Assembly: GCA_951406725.2 (NCBI GenBank)
Contig: OX597816.1
Span: forward strand, 58,218,001-58,282,000
Direction of reading: 5' to 3'
Source: Octopus vulgaris
Taxonomy: Eukaryota
Length of the DNA stretch: 64,000 nucleotides
A program made the translations under genes and the position numbers. Under the pieces are notes generated by a model. The model was not told the DNA's origin. It ran no database searches and saw only the letters and a list, made by a program, of their open reading frames with translations. Shown piece after piece: positions 14,248-25,322 of this stretch. The number at the start of each line of letters is the position of its first letter. The first letter of the stretch is position 1.

Positions 14248-14601
14248 GCACATATATGTGTGTGTGTGTGTGTGTGTGCGCGTGTGTGTGTAATGAGAGA
14301 GGCAAAGCTAGGCAATATCATCACTAAGAGATAAACCAAATTTCAAGGTCGTGACTCCTCTGTGACCGGAACCAAACAGGGTGCACGGAGGATGGTAGTG
14401 ATGAGGGGTAGCGGGAGAAGAAGAAGGAAGCCAGAGACAGACGGACTGACAGACAGACAGAGAGGTCGACATCGAGGATCTGCAGCAGATTGCCTCTACG
14501 TGCCATGTTTCGTTTTCAGTATGAGCGCGTGTGTTTATGAGTGTATGTGTATGCGGTAGAAAATACCGTGTGTGTACTGTTATATTTGTGGAACTGACGC
14601 C

Positions 14602-14663
<62 letters not shown>

Positions 14664-14940
14664 ATCACGGGCGTGATATAAGAATAATGTGACAACAAAA
14701 GAATGAAAGAGACCTCGATATTATGTAAAATAGAGGAATTTATCTATAAATATAATATGTGACAATTGGTCGGTTGCCACAATAAAACTCAGAGTTTCGG
14801 ATGTCGGGGCGGAAGTACATGCGCGCATACGCGGATTCTTTGAGCGTGGGTTTACCTTTTCCGAGTATTTTTTTACTTTCTCCCTATTCGGGTAATGTCC
14901 CTTTATTTAACGGTCATTCTCATAGCTCTTTTGTTTGTCT

Positions 14941-15007
14941 TAATATCTGACGAGATGCCGGAGCAAGCAGACTTCTGCCCCGACATCCGAAACTCCGAGT
15001 TTTATTA
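14941..15007 (+). ncRNA. Type I hammerhead ribozyme motif (CUGACGA core)
   Basis: TAATAT-CTGACGA-[GATGCCGGAGCA...TGCCCCGACATC]-C-GAA-ACTCCGAGT-T-TTATTA. Quasi-palindromic stem III, GUU site at 14999-15001. Confidence 0.65.
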
Positions 15008-15423
15008 TGGTAACCGACTAATTGTCATATACATACATACATACATATATATATATATATACATATATATATACACACACGCGCAAATACAGATGCAATG
15101 TAAATAATGTATAGTTAGGTACATAATCTGTATGTATATATGCATGTATGTCCTGATATTTGTAGGTACGTGTGTATACATGCATACACACACACACACA
15201 CGCGCACACACGTACAAATGCATTCATGCATACAGGGAGGCATGTATGTATACCTACATACATGCACACATCCATCCAGCCATCTCCGAACGCAGTATAG
15301 GTGGTTCCGATAAGGTAGTTATCCGCCCCTGATTGGAATTCTCCCGTATGACATATACGCATGCTCAATGACTTGCTTTTACTTCCGCGGACTAACGACT
15401 CGCAGGCTGAATGACCGGTTAAT

Positions 15424-15690
15424 ATGTCCCCGAAGAAATTGCGCAAATACTGTTGTATATGCAGCAATTATAGAGGGAAGAATGTAAATGGCAAAGTTAT
15501 TTTACTTCATAGATACCCTGCAAACGTCGCCATTCATCGTATTTGGCTTCAGAGATCGAAACTTGTGGAGAAAGACTTTGTTTACGTTGCAAATAGTCAG
15601 ATTTGCTCCCAGCATTTCGTCAATTCAAATGGACCATCGACATATCACTCATTGCCATCCGTTTTTCCAAACAAAGTATTTAAAATATTT
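15424..15690 (+). CDS. THAP (C2CH) zinc-finger exon of the transposase gene
   Basis: MSPKKLRKYCCICSN...HRYP...W...ICSQHF...LPSVF shows the THAP C2CH, P, W and F residues and a terminal LP (AVP-like) motif. Ends at a phase-0 GTAAGT donor. Confidence 0.8.
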
Positions 15691-16136
15691 GTAAGTGCAT
15701 GATCATATACGCAGTTAGTAGATGAGTGAAATGTCTATGATTTATCTCCTCATTAATAGATTAGAACATGTTAAAATTCAAGTGGTCTACCTTGGGCTAA
15801 ACACATAAGTTTAAACTAACAAGTGTTGTGTTGATGTACAGGTATTTTTAATAAAGCATTTTACATTCAAAGAATAAATACGTTGAAATGTTCTGAATGA
15901 AAGGGAAATTCGAGTAAGCCTAGCTGTAATATTTTTCTTTATATATATTTTTTTGTTTGATTAAACAATAAATTTACAGCATTGAATCTAATATTCCTCT
16001 AATTATTAATAGACATAATAGATTAATAGACTGTGACTGTCACTCCCTCTTCTACACCTCATCATGCTTATGGCTAAATCAGTGAATGATTACTGAAAGT
16101 TATGCCCACGTAAAACCGTATTTAACTTATTTGCAG

Positions 16137-16861
16137 AATATACAAATGAATGAATGTGAAGATATTGAGACCAGGGAAGGCGAAGATATGAATGTCCCTG
16201 AACAGCTTGGTTGCTTCGTAAGTCCTACTATGTCTATGTTGAACAATTCTTTAATGTTTCATGATTACATGGCCTAGTGGTTAGAGCAGCGGACTCGCGG
16301 TCGAGAGGTCGCGGGTTCGAATCAGACTGGGCGATGTGTGTGTTTGTGAGCGAAACACCTAAGCTCCACGCGGCTCCAGCAGAAGGTAATGGCGAACTTC
16401 TGCTGACTCTTTCGCCACAACTTTCTCTCATTCTTACCTCCTGCATCTTGCAGCTCACCTGCGATTGACCGGCGTCCCATCCAGGTGGGGAACCTATACG
16501 CCAAAGAAACTGGGAAACCGGCCCTTATGAGCCAGGCATGGCTTGAGAAAGAACAAACAACAACTGTAGTCCTGTTAATCCTGAATCAATCTCAGCTTTT
16601 ACACACAAGTCAGTGCAAGCTATACAAGAAATTCGTACCAAGGAAATAGGAATACAACGTGATCTTGTCAATAAACCTATTTATACAAATAGCAGTACTC
16701 AGGCCTTGGAAAGTAAGATGGTGGATTGTGAAACACAGGCAACAGCATCTGTGCTTACATATGAAGATGTGAAAAATGATAAACAGAAGCTTCTATTTTA
16801 CACGGGAATACCAGATTCCATGACGTTTGATTGTCTTTTTGATGAAATTAAAGATGATGCG
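16137..16861 (+). pseudogene. Second transposase exon interrupted by a SINE (16269-16564)
   Basis: ttgcag acceptor, phase 0. Removing the SINE restores one open frame ...FHDY|CSPVNPES...KLLFYTGIPDSMTFDCLFDEIKDDA, ending at GTAAG. Confidence 0.7.
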
Positions 16862-17079
16862 GTAAGTGAAATGGCGTGGGCAGTCCGCTGAAGTATAATT
16901 GTCTGCATAGAGCGCCGCCTAGCCAAGGGAGATAATCTACTTACCGGAAAGACCTATAGCTGTGAAAACAACAGAAAGATTGGACATTTTACTGTTATAA
17001 GACGGAAGTTGTCAGCAGGTGGCTGTGTGTGTGTATGTTTGTAGCTCTCCTGTTAAACTACCTTTGTCCAACCAGTCGC

Positions 17080-17255
17080 CATGATTGACCGCTAACTCAA
17101 AAAGTTTTTTTTAAAATTTTCTCTCTGTTTATTTCCTGGTGTTAATTTCTGTTGAAGAGCGTAGGCTCGAAACGTAAAAGACTTTCTTACCTTCCCGAGC
17201 GTCCAACTAACACACCTATACACCTGTCTTCGTCTTTTGTTTTTCTGTAAATTTC

Positions 17256-17258
<3 letters not shown>
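17080..17258 (+). mobile_element. Short (TA)n-associated Penelope-pLTR-like element with an HHR-like motif. Other copies at about 20364-20455(+), 20535-20710(-), 29745-29902(+), 62250-62415(+). Related family at 21540-21715(+), 36280-36371(+), 56280-56452(-)
   Basis: Shared TTT-CTGTTGA-A-GAGCGTAGGCTC-GAAACGTA-AAAG...GAGCGT...CACCTGTCTTCGTC tail, in most copies running into (TA)n. Confidence 0.7.
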
Positions 17259-17326
<68 letters not shown>

Positions 17327-17590
17327 CATATACATACACACACACAATGTATATTTAAGTATGATACACAAATTTGTGTGTGTGTGTTTATATGTACATA
17401 TCGTTTTGCGCCGGCAGTCCTCCCTTGGCCGATATATATACCGGCTGAAGCTACGCTTCGTTTTGGATGTTAAGTTTTATTTAAAAATTGATCGTTAACC
17501 TGAAGAATATTTATTAATCTTTAACGGAGGAAGATTGACAGTGACTTTGAAGTTCCGGCTTGCTCACCTTTGTCACCCACACACATATCG

Positions 17591-17621
<31 letters not shown>

Positions 17622-18548
17622 ACTGTCTAAGTCCTAGGACATATAGCGTCAGTTACCCATTCCATGACACATCAGTGACTAGCCAGTCTTTTACAGGGTT
17701 ACACATTTACAGCCGAGTGGACTGGAGCAAGTTTTTTGCTCAAGAACACAATGCAGCGCTGGATCCAGGAATCGAAACCGCGATCTTGCGAGCGACGCAC
17801 TTAAGCACTGGGCCACGGATCTTCATACACGCTACACCGTCATCATCTCACATGTATATATATATATATATATATAAGTATATGTCTGTGTGTTTGCTCT
17901 AAATTTCACATAAAACAAGCACTCAGTCATATATACACACAGAAACAGAGACATACATACGTATACGTACATAGACGCACGTACAGACAGACAGACAGAC
18001 ACGCACGCAGACAGCAACAACATTAGCCTGTGATGACAGATGATGGAGATGAAGGCAAAGGTTTAAACAGTACGAGGACAGACACTCTCTTCATTTAACT
18101 AACACTAAGATCAAACATTGAGAGTTATGGAGGGTGGTGAGAAGAAGACAGTAGCTAATAGGTAGAGGCGACAGAGTTTTAGGAAGGCTTTTGCATCTGT
18201 TAACTGAGTGCAACAGACCCCTGTTAGTAGTTGACAGCCATTTAAAGGAGACCAAGTTCTTGTGAGACGAAAAACTAATGTTACTTCGTGCTATGAACTC
18301 GGTCACCCTTACAAACACATTGTTTAAAAACTCGACTATTTTTAACGTGTGTGTCCCATTAATCCTTTAACTACTTTGTAAATAAAACAGAAAAAGGGGT
18401 TAAGTTTTGTTGAAAGCTTATTCTCCACTATTACTGTCAAACGCGGTTATTTCTCAAATGTTACAAACACTGTAACGATAGAAACTGAGAAGTTTGGATC
18501 GTTTGTTTCTTTGGCCAGGTTGTTAGACTTAAAAAACGAACAGAAATA

Positions 18549-19252
18549 CAGTGATAGCTCGCAGTACGAGTTTAACCCGTTCCATGACTGAACTCCTCTT
18601 ACGATTTACTCGTTTTACAAATCAATTTTCTCCGTTGGAATTAACTAAAATATAATTAATCCGTTCCAGTCCCACCAAACCACTCAAAAATAATTTTGTA
18701 TAGGTTTTAAAGCAGAAAAATGTAAAATGACAATTATGTAAAATGAAAAATGTAAAATGACAAGTAAAATGGCAATTATAAAAAAGAATGGCACGTAAAA
18801 AGCACCATCCGAACGTGGCCGACGCTAGTACCCCTTGACTGACAACCGTGCCGTTGGCACTTAAAAAAGCATTATCCAAACGTGATCGATGCCCAAGCTC
18901 GCCTAACTGGCTCCTGTGCCGGTGGCACTTAAAAAGCACCCACTATATTCTCGGGGTGGTTGGCGTTAGGAAGGGCATCCAGCTGTAGAAACACCGCCAG
19001 ATCAGATTGGAGCCTGGCTCTCCAGATCTCAGTCAAACCGTCCAACCCATGCCAGCATGGAAAACGGACGTTAACCGATGATGAGAATGCAAAAGAAATA
19101 TGTAAACTGGTTTTATTAACCGAATTATTTTAATGATGGGACGATTTGTGTGCGGATTTCCGCTCGTAATTCAAGACAAAATTTCGCACGAGTCTCGGCT
19201 CGTACAGCAAATTACTTGTACAATGGGGCACTCGTACTGCGAGGTTCTACTG
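18549..19252. mobile_element. pogo/Tigger-like non-autonomous element with a nested retro-element fragment (about 18788-19085)
   Basis: TIRs CAGTGATAGCTCGCAGTACGAGT / ACTCGTACTGCGAGGTTCTACTG with TA on both sides. Confidence 0.75.
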
Positions 19253-20047
19253 TAATCACAGCTGGACAATGAGAAATTTTTCATAAGGGACGCGTAATCT
19301 TTTGCCTTTTATTTGCTGCTGTCATTGGACTGCGGCCATGCTGGGGCCTTGGCGGATTTTACTTCAATGAATCGACCTCGGGACTTTTTTTCTTTTTAAG
19401 TCTGGTTCTTATTCTATCCGTCTCTCTGTTTTGCCGCACTGTTAAGTCACGGGGACGTAAGCAAACAAACACCGGTTGTCAAGCGATGGGGGTTACATAA
19501 ACACGATGACACGCATATATATATACACATGCACACACACACACACACACAGAGTAATACTTCACTTTACGAGACCCTAGCTTTACGAGTTTCATTTTAT
19601 AATAAATATAAAAATGTTAAACAACCATTTCGTGAGTGTGGCAACGTCGCAACATGTGGTTAACACTGGTCCTGACGCCCCTACACAGGGACGGAGTAAA
19701 ATGACATCATGACATTTCCTTGTTACTATGAGAAATTATTGCTCTGCTTTACGAGCATTCTGAAATTATCTCGTATACCGAGGCATCATTGTATATATAT
19801 ATATATATATATATATTTGTATTCTATTTTTAATTTTATTTGTTTCAGTCAATTGACTGCGACCATGCTGGAGCACGGCCTTTAGTCGAACAAACCGCCC
19901 CCAGGAATTCTTCTTTGTAAGCCTAATATTTATTCTATCGGATTCTTTTGCCGAACCGTTAGGTTACAGGGACGTAAACACACCAGCATCGGTTGTCAAG
20001 CGATGTTGGAAGGGGGTGGACAAACACAGACGCACAAACATATACAA

Positions 20048-20079
<32 letters not shown>

Positions 20080-20292
20080 CGACGGGCTTCTTTCAGTTTC
20101 CGTCTACCAGATCCACTCACAAGGCTTTGGTCGGCCCGAGGATATAGTAGAAGACACTTTCCCAAGGTGTCACGCAGTGAGACTAAACCCGGAACCATGT
20201 GGTTGGTAAGCAAGATACTTTCAGACGCCCGCCTTTGGACGCCTGCGTTTGCCCGCTTTCGCTTGCGTTAGACTATATACATACATACATAC

Positions 20293-20364
<72 letters not shown>

Positions 20365-20710
20365 GCGTAGGCTCGAAAGATAAATGACTTTTTCATTTTT
20401 TCCGAGCGTCAAATACACCTGTCTTCGCCTTTTGCTTTTCTATAAATTTCAACTATACATATATATATATATCATCATCATCATCAACGGACGTTAAACG
20501 ACGATGATGATGATGATATATATATATATATATGTATAGTTGAAATTTATAGAAAAGCAAAAGGCGAAGACAGGTGTATTTGACGCTCGGAAAAAATGAA
20601 AAAGTCATTTATCTTTCGAGCCTACGCTCTTCAACAGAAAGGAATAAGAGAAAATAAACAGAGAGAGAATGAAAAAAAAACCTAGTAGATTTCAGCGTTC
20701 CAGCATCGCG

Positions 20711-20741
<31 letters not shown>

Positions 20742-21877
20742 ATATATATCTACACACACACACAAACAGTGAGATTTCACGCCGTTTGCATCTACCAAAT
20801 GCACTCACGAAGCACTGGTCGATCCAAGGCAATAGTAGAAAACATTTGTCCAAGCTGCCGCACTGTAGGACTGAGCCCGAAACCATTTAGTTACGAAGCG
20901 GGCTTTTTAACCACACAACCATGTCTGCGCCAGGAAAACAATTTTAATGAAATTCAGTTTGGCTTTAAGTGTAGAGCAACTTGACGCGAGAGCAACTAAT
21001 TTCTTACAAGTGAGCAATAACGACTACACAGTATTACCGACTCAGAATTTGGTACGGAACAAAGGTTAAAATGAACGACTGTTCGTACCATTTCTTATAC
21101 TAAAAAAATTCACTGAACCAAAACCAAATAATGTTCACCATAATTCTTATTTATTTGCCCATTTATCTTTTTCTCCTTTTTTTTTATCTCTCAATTATCC
21201 TCCTGTTGTTGTTTTGAACTAATCACAATCTAAGGTCTCTCGTCGTTTTAACGTCCGCTTTCCATGTGTTCGATGGTTTGACTGAGGACTGGGGAGCCAG
21301 GAGGCTGCACCAGGCTCAATCTGATCTGGCAATGTTTCTACAGCTAGATGCCCTTTCTAACGCCAACCACTCCGAGAGTGTAGTGAGTGCTTTTATGTGC
21401 CACCGGCACGAGGGCCAGTCAGGCGGTTCTGGCAACGACCACGCTCAAAAGATCCTCCAATAAATTCACCTCACCATTTGTCACAAAAGGAAGTGATACA
21501 CACCATACGTACACATAGACATATTTATTTTCGGCTTTTCTACGGACTATCTATCCCTTCCTTTCCCCTCTTCTCTTGAAATTCCTTGTTTTTCCGACGA
21601 AGAGCCATACTCGAAACGTCATTTCAACTCCCATTTTCCCGTCTAAAACTTTCACTGAGCGTCAATCAAATATATATTCTCTGTGTGTACGTCTAATTCA
21701 CTTTTGTTGCTTAAAGTTCTGGAGTGAATTTGTTCGGCTAAAACAAGCACTCAGTCATATACACTCATAGAAACATACATATATGGCGGTGCCCCAACAT
21801 GGCAACAGCCCAATGGCTGAAACAAGTACAAGATTAAAAAATAATGGATGCACGAGAGAAAGAGAGAAATGAAAGAA

Positions 21878-21937
<60 letters not shown>

Positions 21938-21946
21938 TGTGCTTAC

Positions 21947-22110
21947 CGCATCGACTCCTTTAAAACTGCTTTCAAGTAAGGCATGTTAGTTAAGTGTGAA
22001 CTTTGACACGGTTGACCCTGTAGCGTCCGGGAAATTTCCTCATGAAGTTTTTCTTGAACTTCAGGGTTGCTAGCCAAAAGGTAGATAGCAAATCCGAGAG
22101 AATTGGATGC
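21947..22110 (-). CDS. CYP exon: ASNSLGFAIYLLASNPEVQEKLHEEISRTLQGQPCQSSHLTNMPYLKAVLKESM(R)
   Basis: 164 nt, cag/gtaag, phase 0 to 2. K-helix ExxR preceded by the basic PYLKAVLK stretch (adrenodoxin-contact region in mito CYPs). Confidence 0.96.
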
Positions 22111-22643
22111 CTGTAGAAGAGATGAGGACAGGATAAGATTAGAATTATTTAAGGTTAGTAAAGGGTGTTAGGGCAATAGAGTAAAAGGCGGAGTTTATTG
22201 TTACTGTTAACTACTTCCGGTTAGGTAACAATGGCGAACTTATTAAACATGGTAATGCAGTATCGTCCTCATGGTCGTCCTTTTAAAGTCCGCTTTTCCA
22301 TGCTAGCATGGAACAAACGAAATTTGTGAGTCATATTGTATATGATCGGACACCCTTCCTGTCGACAATCCACGTCTGTTTCCAAGCAAGGTAATATTTC
22401 CCCATGACCTGGTAGTATGTTTTCCACAGAATACTGGAAATGAACGACGTCGCTTATATGATGGTGCTCCTCGTTTACATCCATCACATGATGTCGAGAC
22501 AAGGGCATAAACAGCCTCACATACATATTTGGTCATTGAAAACAAGTGAGGGTTGGTACAGCAAGAGCACCTATTAATGAAGACTATGACGATGAATACA
22601 AACAAATAATAATAATAATAATAAAAAGCAGACAGAATTTTAC

Positions 22644-22813
22644 CGTATCAAGACCTGCCAAGAACAGTTCAGCCATATTGGAATAAATTTCTGCCATTGA
22701 AAATGAAGGATTGCTTAGAAGATAGTTGAGTAAAGCGGTTCCATTTTGGGGTGGATCAACTTGTGATCTATCTTTTGAATATCCCACCAATTGCTGATCA
22801 ATAAATTCTTGAG
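22644..22813 (-). CDS. CYP exon ending in the I-helix: QEFIDQQLVG...NMAELFLAGLDT
   Basis: 170 nt, aag/gtaaa, phase 1 to 0. AGxDT I-helix motif. Confidence 0.93.
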
Positions 22814-22898
22814 CTTTAAATAGAAAGAAGAAAACAGAACATATACAGTGTGGTGGTAGCAATGGAGTTTGGTCAAAGAGGGAGAAAGAGGGAGAAAG

Positions 22899-22934
<36 letters not shown>

Positions 22935-24917
22935 GAGAGAGTAAAGAAGGTTAAAAGGTGAAGTTGATCTTAATTTCTCCCTTGGAGGAAGGGAGTAAAT
23001 CAATTAAATCAGCCCCAGTTTCTGACTGGCATTTTACGTTATCAATTCCGAAAGGCTCAAAGTTAAGTTTGACGCCATCGCGATTTGAACTCGGAACGTA
23101 AAGAGAGCCGGAAGAAAAACCATAAGGCCGTTTTTCCGACTCCCCAATGGTTCTATTAATCTGCTGCACTCGCACACATTTGATTTAACCAAAAGAAAAG
23201 ATGAAGAAGAGGAGAAGAAATAGAGACAGTCTCTTCTTTCCTATACAATGAAAATACGAACACTTATTATATACGTTGTGGAGACCTTAGGACATAATAG
23301 GGACAATCGGGAAAGTAGCGCCAGAGGGAGGGAGAGAGAGAGAGAGAGAGACAGAGAGAGAGAGACTCCATCACGGGGAAGCCAAGTGAGGTACAGACCT
23401 TTAAGTTTTAACCAGCCCCTAAGTTTAACTAACTGGCGCCATCCATACAAGACACATGTTTCAGGGTCCGTCTAGAGTACGATAATTGCGATTCTATTTT
23501 GCTTCGACGGACATTTTTTCAAAAGACTCTTAATTGATACGAAAATATTTTCATTCCATCCTTTTCTATTATTTTAATCTTTTCTTTATCTTAATCCTCT
23601 TGTCTTGTCTTTTCTCTTCGTGTCCCTCCCCACCCCACCCTACCCCCTATCTGTTTGCTTTTATTTATTTCGTCCTGTCTTCCGCTCCTTATATCTTTGA
23701 TGGGACGAACGAAATTGCCCAACGTATTTTGATATATAAACAACCAAACCGCTACCGACTCCCTCTCTCTGTATGCTCATTCCCAACACACACACACACA
23801 CCCGAATAGAGCTCAGTGGAGAAGCTGTTGCTACCAATCCAACATCCCGAAGGTAGAAAGAACGCAGCGTATAGCGAGGTCCAATCTATCCATAGGTGAT
23901 GGTCATCAACAGATTTGCATATCCCATACGTATCGGAAGTGAGCTAGAGCGTTAAAACTTAGTTTTTCAAGTAATGAGGCGATCGGAAATTAACGAATAT
24001 CCGATGTATACGATAGAATTCTTTTCTTTTTAATTAATTGGTCACATTCATAATTAGTTAGATCTGCCATGAAAAATGCATACAAGACTGTGGTCATGCT
24101 GGGGCACCACCTTCAATACTTCTTTTGGTTGAATGAATCAACCCCAATACTTATTTTTTGTGAAGCCTGGTACTTATTCTATCGGTCTCTTTTCCCGAAC
24201 CACTAAGTTATAATGATGTAAACATGTCAATACTGGTTGTCAAGCAGTGGTGGGACACACACACACACAGACACACACACAGAGGCTTCTTTCAGGCTTT
24301 GATCGCCCTGAGGCTATAATAGAAGACACTTGTCCAAGGTGGGACTGAACATCAGCAAAAGCGTGACTTGTTCACGAATAGATATAAAATGCCATTAAAC
24401 TAACTCTTGTATCTCTCACTCTCACTCTCTCTCTCCACACACACACACACACACACACACACATTTGCCCTATGGTCATTTTAATAAAATATCCTCCTAA
24501 CGAATCATTTTTGATATGCTTCAACCGCCCCATGACCCCCATCCCCGGACAGAAGATACAAATAGCCACTATAGTGAAACGTGCGTTGTGAAACAAACAC
24601 CAAAAAGTGCATTTTGCGTTTATCATACTTCTCTGAACCTCTCTTCTCCCTCTCTCACACACACACACATCTATATGACATTGTACCGAAGGACAACAAA
24701 GTCCTTGGAACAAACAATTTACAAACCGTCCAAAGAATAAAAAAAAAAATGATTAAAATAAAACAAATATTCAGAACAGGATAAAAAAAAAACAAACGAA
24801 AAGACAATGTAAAGAAAAAAACATATATAAAAATTCACAGCCAAATCAACAACAGAAATAGTTGGACATTCCAAACTGACTTGACCTCGTCATGTGTAAA
24901 TACTACATACACCAGGC

Positions 24918-24996
<79 letters not shown>

Positions 24997-25092
24997 CATA
25001 CAAACATATACATGTGTATGTGTCTATATATATATATATACTTATATATGTATATGCACATATACACACATACATACATATATACTTACACA

Positions 25093-25130
<38 letters not shown>

Positions 25131-25286
25131 CGTACACATACATATATGTATGCTGCAGTGGTTTTGGCAGTCGTTGGCCGGTGTTTAGGTGAGTGGTGAT
25201 GGGGTGGCTTTGATAACGTGTTGATGGTGGTTGTGGTGTGCTGTTTCAACAGGTTTCTCAGTACTGTTAGTAGTAGTAGTAGTATC

Positions 25287-25322
<36 letters not shown>

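Larger units (their letters stand above)
15299..16955 (+). mobile_element. Internally deleted THAP-domain DNA transposon (ISL2EU / PIF-Harbinger group)
   Basis: Imperfect TIRs AGGTGGTTCCGATAAGGTAGTTATC / GATAATCTACTTACCGGAAAGACCT flanked by AT on both sides. Encodes a THAP zinc finger and the LLFYTGIP motif. No DDE domain is left. Confidence 0.8.

Noticed and set aside
16269-16335. tRNA-like sequences
   Set aside because: SINE heads that continue into SINE bodies; no complete cloverleaf with acceptor stem.
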